This document shows, piece after piece, positions 47,075-54,656 of a stretch of 64,000 nucleotides of DNA. The translations under genes and the position numbers were made by a program. Position 1 is the first letter of the stretch. The number at the start of each line of letters is the position of its first letter. Source of the DNA: Verrucomicrobiia bacterium (GTDB taxonomy: Bacteria > Verrucomicrobiota > Verrucomicrobiia > Limisphaerales > Palsa-1400). Location: the NCBI GenBank assembly GCA_036501625.1, contig DASXZY010000078.1, positions 21,040 to 85,039 on the forward strand, given 5' to 3'. The notes beneath the pieces were generated by a model, which was not told the DNA's origin, did not search any database, and saw only the letters and a program-made list of their open reading frames with translations.

Positions 47075-47629
47075 ATGGCATTGACACCATCCACCATGTT
47101 GCCGCTGGGGACGCCCGCGCCGGATTTCCGGCTGCCGGACACCAGCGGAAAAATGACCTCGCTCGGCGACTTTAAATCCGCCCCGGCCCTGGCCGTGTTT
47201 TTCATTTGCAACCACTGCCCCTACGTCAAACATATTCAGGCGGGCCTGGCGCAATTCGCGCGCGATTACCAGGCCCGGGGCGCGGCCATCGCAGCCATCA
47301 GTTCCAACGATGTGAAGAATTACCCGCAGGACAGCCCGGCCAGGATGGCGGAGGAGGCGGCGGCGGCCGGATACACATTTCCATATTTGTATGACGAATC
47401 CCAGGCCGCGGCCAAAGCTTACCAGGCGGCCTGCACGCCGGATATTTTTTTGTTTGACGCAGGCCGGAAGCTCGTTTACCGCGGACAATTCGACGGCAGC
47501 CGCCCCGGCAACGGCGTGCCGGTGACAGGGAAGGATTTGCGCGCGGCCATGGACGCCGTGCTGGCCCGCAAGCCGGTCCCGGAGCGGCAAACGCCGGGCG
47601 CGGGCTGCAATATCAAATGGAAAACCTAA
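47075..47629 (+). CDS. thioredoxin-fold (AhpC/TSA-like) protein
   Basis: GTPAPDFRLPDTSGKMTSLGDF..LAVFFICNHCPYV..TFPYLYDESQ. Confidence 0.85.
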   Translation: MALTPSTMLPLGTPAPDFRLPDTSGKMTSLGDFKSAPALAVFFICNHCPYVKHIQAGLAQFARDYQARGAAIAAISSNDVKNYPQDSPARMAEEAAAAGYTFPYLYDESQAAAKAYQAACTPDIFLFDAGRKLVYRGQFDGSRPGNGVPVTGKDLRAAMDAVLARKPVPERQTPGAGCNIKWKT

Positions 47630-47647
47630 CACGGGTTCTGTCAAGTA

Positions 47648-50600
47648 TTATTTTTTGAGAAACCACGAGGCGATGAGGGAGGCGGCCCCGGTCGCGCCGG
47701 AGGGAAGGAACACGGCCAGGTAGGTTGGGTCTTGAAAGGCGTGAGCGTAGGCGCCGCGATGCTCTTCCTGAATGGCGCGCTGGACCGCTCTCAAGCGTTT
47801 CAGATAAGCCGCTCTCGGCCTCGCGGGCGTGCCATAGTTTTTTGCCTTGGAATTTGCGACTTCGGCGATGGAATCGGCCAGCTCGTCGAGCGCGGCCTGC
47901 CGCACCTTGTCGGCGGCGCGCCGCACAATCCACCAGCAGGCGCCCGCGACCAGAAAATTGACCGCGTAGCAGACAATCAAAACGGGGGGCCAGGGCCAGT
48001 TGTCAAGATAACGGCTTCGCGAGATCGCCAGAATCAGGAGGATCACGATGGGACCGAGCATCAGCGTTCCAACCTCCTTGGTCTGGTAGGCCGCGAAATC
48101 GACATCGAGAAAACCGTCCAGAAAACAGGCATCCACGCCAAACTTTTCCTCGGTCTCCCGCAGGAGGCGGTCCGGCCAGCGGGTGGGGAAACGGCTGATG
48201 CAATTGAGGAACCGGCTCGTCAGGACCGTGCCGTCAAGAACATAGAACAGCGCGAATAAAAACGTGAAAAAAGCGGTTATGACGCAAAATATGTCAAACC
48301 CGCGCGAGTCCGCCCCTCTGATAAAAACCTGGCGCGGAATGTCACCCAGGCAGGCCATTAGCAAGCCAAGCGACACGGCGTACAGGATCACGCCCCCGAG
48401 GATTCGCCAAATGCGAATTCTGAAACGGCCCGCGCGCAGGTAACTTCGGAATAGCGCGAACGCATTGATGCATGCTCTGTCCTGGCCGCCGTCCTTGCTT
48501 GCGACAAAAGGCGGCAGCCAGGGGAGGCCGAACACTATTTTCTGTTCCCGCTCGAAGTCTGCCGCGGCTTGGGGCACATAGCCGGGTTGTTTATCGTCGG
48601 GCTGCCCGGATTTTTTGCAGAGATCAAGAGCATCCTCCTCGATGAATTTATTTTTTTGGCCCTCATCTAATTTGGAGTTCCACCGCCGCCGGCACTTGTC
48701 CCAAAAGGAATTCCAATCGCCTGTCGCCGGTTCTTTTTCGCGAAAGTACTTCTCCCAAAGTTTTCGCCGATGCGTCCGCCGGCTCCACATGGCGATCCAA
48801 AAGAAAATCCCGCCCGCGAGAATGTCGAAAAACCGGATCCACTCCGAGGTCCAGATGCTGACGCCGCCGTGGAAATCCCATGGCTCCTGGCCGGGCAGAG
48901 AGGCGATGGACTTGGTCCAAGCCGCAAAACCCCAGCAGGCAAGCCCGATGACTGCCGCCATCGCTGCCGCGATGCCCAAGGCCCAAAATGAGAATTGCTT
49001 TTCCTGCTCGTCAAACTTGGCCCTTTCAATGCGGCCAGTTGAGTCAGATGGAATTTTGGGAGCGTTCGGTTCGCGAAAGCCGGCCGTCGCATTGGCCTTC
49101 AGGATCACGGCCAGGACGCATAGGAACAACAAGAAAAGAAAAGATGCCAAAGGAAAGCCAGAGTCACCGGAGGGGGCAACCGAGTCGAGGGGGACCGGCC
49201 CCGACCGCCCAATTTTATACAACCCTCCGCTCATGTGAGCAGGATCATTGACTTGGAGCGGGTCGCCGGTTTGCACCAGGGAGTTGCAAGCGCGGAATAC
49301 GGCCGCCTGGTAAACATCACGGAAGGGAGGAAACTGCTGCATCAACGGAGGGGAATTGAACTCCGGATTCGGGTCCAGCGGATAAGCCGACGCGACCAGG
49401 AGGTTGCGCGTATAAACCAATTCGCTGGCCGTCCAGAGAGGCGCGTCGAGGTCGGTCGTGAAAAAAACGGCGTCCGGCAAGTCGTCCCGCAACTCGCGCA
49501 AGAGAGTGAGCTTGTCATAAGCATCGCTGCCCGTCAGGCCGACGGCGAGGATGCGGCTTTTTTTCTGCTGGCGCAGCCATTTGTCCTTCGTTTTCAGGAA
49601 TTCGCCCAGCCGGACGATATAATCCAATTGGGCATTGCCATCGGCTTTGAAGCCCCGGTGCTGCTGTTGCAAGAGCGGCTGAAGCGCGGCTTCGGGCGAA
49701 TCTGCCACATCACGCGCTTTTTCCTGGCTGGAATCGCTCGAGGTTCTCTCCTTGGCCGCTTTCGAGCCGTCCAGGCCGCGCAGGTAGGCAAATTGCCAGA
49801 TATCATTCTGGCTCGCGCAAACACCGGAATTTGTGCGGGTCAGAGCGTCAATCCATTCGTCGGCCAACTCGCGTCCGTAGTAGGTGTCCTGCTCGGCCAG
49901 CAGGACCACCACGTTGCTTTGGCCATCTGTTGAATCGACCCGGTTCGCAAGCTCCTGGGCGAGAAGATCGGCCAGGGTCTGATCCGGGGTAATCCAATTG
50001 GCGAACACATCTTTTTCAAATATGGACTCAAACCTTTCAACCAGCTTAGGTCCATAAAGGTCCTCATTCGTCGGGTCCACGGAGGTGGTGGCTTCGGGAG
50101 AAAGAATGTGGAAGCGGTTCAATTTTGCCGCGGTTTTGAGATACTGGAAGCACTCTTCCTGGCTGCCGCCGTTGAATTCGGCCAAGGAACGAAGGGTGTC
50201 CGAAGAGCGGGGGCCGATGAGGTTAAACGAAATATTGATAGTGGCATCTTTGCTGGCGAGGGCCGGGATATTGGTCAGGAGCGACCCTAATTCAAGCATC
50301 GGATTGGGTGAAAAATCATACTCGTTCAACCAGAGCACGCAGAATTGGATGCCGGTTTCATTGACAAACCATTCGTAAGCGAACTTGCTGTCCCGCGCTT
50401 CCTCCGGGCAGAAGAGCCGCACGGAGTTGGTGAAAATGTGGATGCGGTCTTCCGGCCCGGCCTCGGCAGTGGAGAGGGCCAATTCCACGGCGTAACGGGT
50501 GCGCAAGCGGACCTCCTTGTCCTCCGCGTAGGACGAACCCTCCAGCATGACGCCCAGGATTTTGACGGCGCTGCCGGGCTTCGACACGCGGTCGTTGATG

Positions 50601-50914
50601 CCCTTCCATGGTTGCTGGACTTCCGGAGGGGCTGGATTCTCTGGCTGAAGGTTTTGACGAGCAGCGCCGATTTCCGACTTCGGCGCTTTGGCGGAAGCCG
50701 CCTTGTTGGTCGCGGATTCGAAAGGTTCAAACGGGTCCTGCCAAAGCCGGGACTCAACTTTATGGACGTCGGCGGTGTCGGGAATATGCGAGGCTTCAAG
50801 GGGAGCCGGGCGCGGGCTTTCAAGGTTTCCACGAATGAGCGCGAAGCCGAACCCCAACGTGGCCATGAGAATCGTCACGTTGGTGAAGTTCACGATGGGG
50901 GTTTTCTCGTTCAT
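47648..50914 (-). CDS. 1088-aa orphan membrane protein: N-terminal TM, large periplasmic region, polytopic C-terminal domain
   Basis: Single uninterrupted ORF. TM1 ILMATLGFGFALI; hydrophilic region of about 570 aa; at least 7 further hydrophobic segments. No recognised family signature. A sigma70-like promoter lies upstream. Confidence 0.7.
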   Translation of the reverse strand: MNEKTPIVNFTNVTILMATLGFGFALIRGNLESPRPAPLEASHIPDTADVHKVESRLWQDPFEPFESATNKAASAKAPKSEIGAARQNLQPENPAPPEVQQPWKGINDRVSKPGSAVKILGVMLEGSSYAEDKEVRLRTRYAVELALSTAEAGPEDRIHIFTNSVRLFCPEEARDSKFAYEWFVNETGIQFCVLWLNEYDFSPNPMLELGSLLTNIPALASKDATINISFNLIGPRSSDTLRSLAEFNGGSQEECFQYLKTAAKLNRFHILSPEATTSVDPTNEDLYGPKLVERFESIFEKDVFANWITPDQTLADLLAQELANRVDSTDGQSNVVVLLAEQDTYYGRELADEWIDALTRTNSGVCASQNDIWQFAYLRGLDGSKAAKERTSSDSSQEKARDVADSPEAALQPLLQQQHRGFKADGNAQLDYIVRLGEFLKTKDKWLRQQKKSRILAVGLTGSDAYDKLTLLRELRDDLPDAVFFTTDLDAPLWTASELVYTRNLLVASAYPLDPNPEFNSPPLMQQFPPFRDVYQAAVFRACNSLVQTGDPLQVNDPAHMSGGLYKIGRSGPVPLDSVAPSGDSGFPLASFLFLLFLCVLAVILKANATAGFREPNAPKIPSDSTGRIERAKFDEQEKQFSFWALGIAAAMAAVIGLACWGFAAWTKSIASLPGQEPWDFHGGVSIWTSEWIRFFDILAGGIFFWIAMWSRRTHRRKLWEKYFREKEPATGDWNSFWDKCRRRWNSKLDEGQKNKFIEEDALDLCKKSGQPDDKQPGYVPQAAADFEREQKIVFGLPWLPPFVASKDGGQDRACINAFALFRSYLRAGRFRIRIWRILGGVILYAVSLGLLMACLGDIPRQVFIRGADSRGFDIFCVITAFFTFLFALFYVLDGTVLTSRFLNCISRFPTRWPDRLLRETEEKFGVDACFLDGFLDVDFAAYQTKEVGTLMLGPIVILLILAISRSRYLDNWPWPPVLIVCYAVNFLVAGACWWIVRRAADKVRQAALDELADSIAEVANSKAKNYGTPARPRAAYLKRLRAVQRAIQEEHRGAYAHAFQDPTYLAVFLPSGATGAASLIASWFLKK

Positions 50915-50955
50915 TTTAGAATCCCGCGCCTGTTATAAACCTGATTGACGGCGTG

Positions 50956-50984
50956 AGTAAAACAAACAGCCAGCCCGCTGTCAA
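50956..50984 (-). promoter_or_regulatory. sigma70-like promoter TTGACA-N17-TTTACT for the 1088-aa membrane protein gene
   Basis: Reverse strand reads cgcgTTGACAgcgggctggctgtttgtTTTACTcacgcc, about 40 nt upstream of ATG 50914. Confidence 0.45.
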
Positions 50985-51126
50985 CGCGAAAACGCCGGGC
51001 GGGCGGACGGGCGCGGGCGCGCGAACGCGCGTACACGGGGCGGCATTTTTCATCGAAAACGCCGTGTTTTGCCTTGTTCAACCTTGTTTTGCCGTTGATG
51101 GCCTTGATCTGCGTGATTTTTTCTTA

Positions 51127-51143
51127 AATATTTTTAAAATATT
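51127..51143. promoter_or_regulatory. perfect AT-only palindrome AATATTTT-T-AAAATATT (candidate operator)
   Basis: Read directly. Lies in the middle of the 390-nt divergent intergenic region. Confidence 0.35.
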
Positions 51144-51304
51144 CTGCCGAAAAGACCGAAAGAACACGCGCCGGAGCGCGAACATGGGTGCACGGTACCA
51201 TGTTTTGATGGTAATGCAATAGAGAAAATTCAAGCGCATCAAGGGCGGGCCTGCCGGAAGATTCTTTGTCACCTTTAGGATGGTTTTGCGGACTTAATAG
51301 CATT

Positions 51305-53002
51305 ATGACAAACAATACTGTGTTCGAAAATCAAACCGACGATGCGGCCCTGGTCGCGGAATGCCTCGAAGGCAATCGCGACGCTTTCGGTTCCATCGTG
51401 CGGCGCTACCAGGCGCTCATCTGCGCCCTCACCTACAACGCCACCGGCCGCCTGAGCGAAAGCGAGGACCTGGCCCAGGAAACTTTCCTGACCGCGTGGC
51501 GGCAATTGGCGGGTTTGCGGGAGCCGGCGAAATTGCGCCCGTGGCTCTGCCGCATCGCCCGGAACCTCAGTTGCGACGCCCTCAAGCGGCAGGGCCGGGA
51601 ACCTGTGGAGGCCGCCGAGACGCTCGAAGCCACGACCGATTTCCGCGCGTGCGAGCCGACTCCGTGCGAGGGAACGATGACGAAGGAGGAGGAGGCCATT
51701 TTGTGGCGGTCGCTGGAACGCTTGCCGGGCGTTTGCCGCGAGCCGCTTATCCTTTTTTATCGCGAACACCGTTCGATTGCCGATGTGGCCGCCGCGCTGG
51801 ATTTGAGCGAAGACGCCGTTAAACAACGCCTTTCGCGCGGGCGCAAATTGCTGGCGGAACAGGTGCTCGCCTATGTCGAAGGCGCGCTGGAGCGGACCGG
51901 CCCAAGCCCGGTTTTCGCGCAAGGAGTCATGCTGGCGCTGCCCGCCATGAGTGTCTCCACCACGACGGCCTCCGTGGCCGGCAGCGCGGTCAAGAGCGGG
52001 GCCGGCGTCAAGGCCGCAACCGGAGGACTTTTGGCCGTCATTTGGTCCATGCTGCTGGTTGTCTTTGGCAATTACGCCGGCTACCGAGCCGGGCTGGCGC
52101 TGGCGGAATCGGACGGGGAGAAGCGCGTGATCAGGCGTTTTTACGCGGGGCTATTGGTTGCGGTCGCAGGCGCGTCGGTGGCGTTCTCATTGCTGGTCTG
52201 GTGGCAAGGGGGGCTGGCGGCTGGGCGCCGCGAAGGATTTGCCGCCGCCATGCTGGTCTTCACGTCTCTTGGTGTGGCCGTGTTTTTCGGCCTGTCATTT
52301 TGGTTCTGGCGCGCGAATCGTGCTTCCGCGGCCCGCACGGCGAACCAGCCGAAGACTGCCGCGGCACCCGCCTGGGAATACCGCAGCCGCGCGAGCTTTC
52401 TGGGCTTGCCGCTGGTTCACATCCGCGTTGGCGGCTCGAATAAGGCCGTCCGCGCCTGGTTTGCCGCGGGCGGATGCGCTGTCGGAGGGCTGTTTGCGTT
52501 CGGCGGATTGGCCATTGCGCCGGTAAGCATCGGGGGCCTCGCGCTTGGGTTGATGTCATGGGGCGGCACCAGCGCCGGATTGCTGGCGCTCGGCGGATTG
52601 GCCGTCGGCGTGTGGAGCCTCGGCGGGCTGGCCGTGGGTTGGAATGCCTGCGGCGCCTGCGCCGTGGCTTGGAAAGCCGCGGGCGGCGAGGCGGCGCTCG
52701 CGCATGATTTCGCGTTTGGGAAGCTCATCCAGGCCGCCCATGCTGGCGATGCGGCGGCCCAATCGTATGTCGATTCAAGCCAGTTTTTCCAATGCGCGGA
52801 CTGGTTCATGCGCCATTCCGCCTGGCTCAATTTGATCTGGGTCGCGCCGCTGGCCCTATGGTGGTTGGGCGCGGCTCGCGCGCGGCGGCGCGGCGTGATG
52901 GCCATTGCTCTGGCCCTTTTCCTGGGCGGCATTGGGAGCGGGTTTGCGCAGGACGCGCCCAAGGCCGCCAAGGCGGCGCCTGTTATCGAGAAAGTTTTGT
53001 AA
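51305..53002 (+). CDS. ECF sigma factor fused to a polytopic Gly-zipper membrane domain
   Basis: ATG 51305. Region 2 FGSIVRRYQALICALTY..DLAQETFLTAWRQL; region 4 REPLILFYREHRSIADVAAALDLSEDAVKQRLSRGRKLL; then 6 or more TM segments with repeats GGLAIAPVSIGGLALGLMSWGGTSAGLLALGGLAVGVWSLGGLAVGW. Confidence 0.8.
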   Translation: MTNNTVFENQTDDAALVAECLEGNRDAFGSIVRRYQALICALTYNATGRLSESEDLAQETFLTAWRQLAGLREPAKLRPWLCRIARNLSCDALKRQGREPVEAAETLEATTDFRACEPTPCEGTMTKEEEAILWRSLERLPGVCREPLILFYREHRSIADVAAALDLSEDAVKQRLSRGRKLLAEQVLAYVEGALERTGPSPVFAQGVMLALPAMSVSTTTASVAGSAVKSGAGVKAATGGLLAVIWSMLLVVFGNYAGYRAGLALAESDGEKRVIRRFYAGLLVAVAGASVAFSLLVWWQGGLAAGRREGFAAAMLVFTSLGVAVFFGLSFWFWRANRASAARTANQPKTAAAPAWEYRSRASFLGLPLVHIRVGGSNKAVRAWFAAGGCAVGGLFAFGGLAIAPVSIGGLALGLMSWGGTSAGLLALGGLAVGVWSLGGLAVGWNACGACAVAWKAAGGEAALAHDFAFGKLIQAAHAGDAAAQSYVDSSQFFQCADWFMRHSAWLNLIWVAPLALWWLGAARARRRGVMAIALALFLGGIGSGFAQDAPKAAKAAPVIEKVL

Positions 53003-53003
53003 A

Positions 53004-53510
53004 ATGGCCGCGCCAGCCTCCAACCAACGCCCCAATTATGGCATCGACGCGCCGGATGTGGTGCGTCGCTTTGTGATGATTGGGGTTGCGTGTTTGGCCT
53101 TGGCGGCGGGGCTGAAGTTTTCTCGATTTTCCTGGCGCGAAACTGCGACCTGGCCCGCCGCGAGCATAGGCGTGTGTTTCTTTTTGGAGGCTCTGGTTAT
53201 GTTGTGGGGAAGCAAATCGGGCAAATTGCGTTTGCGAGATAAATTGATCGCGGCCATTCCGTGGCGCGGGGATGAGCAGGTGCTCGACGTGGGCTGCGGG
53301 CACGGGTTGATGCTCATTGGAGCGGCCAAGCAATTGCGCGCCGGGCGGGCCATCGGCTTGGACCTGTGGCAGAAGCATGTGCGGGAATACGCGAAGACGC
53401 TGGGGCAGGCGGGGCTTTCGGGCATTAAAATCTCCGCGCCGAACTTTCTGTTTGTGATTCCCTCGCTTACGTTGACGGCGAATAAGATAGTTGGAAACAG
53501 GGCTGGTTGA
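53004..53510 (+). CDS. class I SAM-methyltransferase-like protein, apparently truncated or internally deleted
   Basis: Two N-terminal TM segments, motif I VLDVGCGHG, beta-2 AIGLDLW, then only about 50 more residues. Too short for a complete Rossmann fold. Confidence 0.5.
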   Translation: MAAPASNQRPNYGIDAPDVVRRFVMIGVACLALAAGLKFSRFSWRETATWPAASIGVCFFLEALVMLWGSKSGKLRLRDKLIAAIPWRGDEQVLDVGCGHGLMLIGAAKQLRAGRAIGLDLWQKHVREYAKTLGQAGLSGIKISAPNFLFVIPSLTLTANKIVGNRAG

Positions 53511-53526
53511 TTTATGATCGCCCGCG

Positions 53527-54318
53527 ATGACCAATGAGAAATCAAGATTGCCGTGGTGGCCGTTTCTGGCGGCGGATGTCCTATTGCTGGGAGTGGCCGG
53601 ATTCATTTGGAGCCAGGGGCACCGGCCGCTGCTGTGGTGGGAGGCGTTCCTTTTAATCGCGTGCGCGGGATCGGCCGCGTGGTGCTTCCTGTTCCCTTTT
53701 CTGCGCCGCAGCGAGGATGAACAAAGCCTGGCCCAGGCGCGGCTCCTTTCCAACGCGCTGGAGCAAATCCAGAAGATCGACCAGTTAGCCGCGCAAGTCT
53801 CGGGAGCAGCCAGCCAGTGGAAGGAGTTCCAGGCACACGCGAATCAGGCGGACGGCTCAGCCAAATCCCTGGCTGGAACCATCGCCGCCGAGTCCAAGGC
53901 ATTCGCGGAACTTCTGCAAAAAGCCAGCGACGCCGAGAAAACCCATTTGCGGACGGAAACGGAAAAGCTGCGCCGGGCTGAAATGGATTGGCTGCAAGTC
54001 GTCATTCATATTTTGGATCACGCGGCCGCGCTTCAGCAAGCCGCCCGCCATTCCGGGCAGCCGGCCCTGGTGGAGCAAGTGGGCCAGTTCCAAAGCAATT
54101 GCCGCGAGGCGGCCCGGCGCGTCGGCTTGACGGCGGTCGCGGGGCGCGAAGGGGAGCCGTTCGATCCGAACCAGCACCAGGTGGCGCGGAAAACAGCGCC
54201 GGACGGAAACGCGGTCGTTGGGGAAACGCTGGTCCCGGGCTATACGTTCCAGGGACAATTGGTGCGGCGGCCGCTCGTGGCTATAAAAGAGCCGGCGGGC
54301 GCGCCGGTCGAAGCGTAA
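53527..54318 (+). CDS. membrane-anchored GrpE-like protein
   Basis: Two TM segments (WWPFLAADVLLLGVAGFIW, WWEAFLLIACAGSAAWCFLFPFL), a coiled coil, then DWLQVVIHILDHAAAL..RRVGLTAVAGREGEPFDPNQHQV..LVPGYTFQGQLVRRPLVAI, collinear with the GrpE four-helix-bundle and beta-domain blocks. Confidence 0.6.
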   Translation: MTNEKSRLPWWPFLAADVLLLGVAGFIWSQGHRPLLWWEAFLLIACAGSAAWCFLFPFLRRSEDEQSLAQARLLSNALEQIQKIDQLAAQVSGAASQWKEFQAHANQADGSAKSLAGTIAAESKAFAELLQKASDAEKTHLRTETEKLRRAEMDWLQVVIHILDHAAALQQAARHSGQPALVEQVGQFQSNCREAARRVGLTAVAGREGEPFDPNQHQVARKTAPDGNAVVGETLVPGYTFQGQLVRRPLVAIKEPAGAPVEA

Positions 54319-54323
54319 AAAAT

Positions 54324-54608
54324 CTAGCTCACTGGGATGAGCGAGACGCGCTCTCCCATGTCGTTGCGGGTGATGCCTTGCGCATGGGGGTCCAGGCTCA
54401 AGACGCCATCCACAAGAAAAGCGTATCGATGATGGCCATGCTTCAGGTCGATGGTCAGCAGCCACGACCGGTCAGGCATGTGTTTCATGGGATGCGCTCC
54501 TGGGTCCCACTCGTTAAAATCTCCGACGAGGCTGACGGTTGCAGCCTGGGTGGCGCGACAAATGAAATTGATGGCCCGAAGGGGCTTCAGATAACCACGC
54601 GAAATCAT
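54324..54608 (-). CDS. CBM48 / glycogen-binding (isoamylase N-terminal, AMPK-beta-like) single-domain protein
   Basis: VSLVGDFNEWDPGAHPMKHMPDRSWLLTIDLKHGHHRYAFLVDG. Confidence 0.75.
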   Translation of the reverse strand: MISRGYLKPLRAINFICRATQAATVSLVGDFNEWDPGAHPMKHMPDRSWLLTIDLKHGHHRYAFLVDGVLSLDPHAQGITRNDMGERVSLIPVS

Positions 54609-54656
54609 ATTCTAAACGGACTACACTCCATATCCCATTATTGGGGCCGTCCGTTT

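Noticed and set aside
44152-47211. 1019-aa ORF on the minus strand, the second-longest in the track
   Set aside because: It is antisense to glnE, whose two nucleotidyltransferase cores are unmistakable. The product is Arg/Ala/Pro/Gly-rich low-complexity sequence with no motif. This is a typical stop-codon-poor antisense frame of a high-GC gene.
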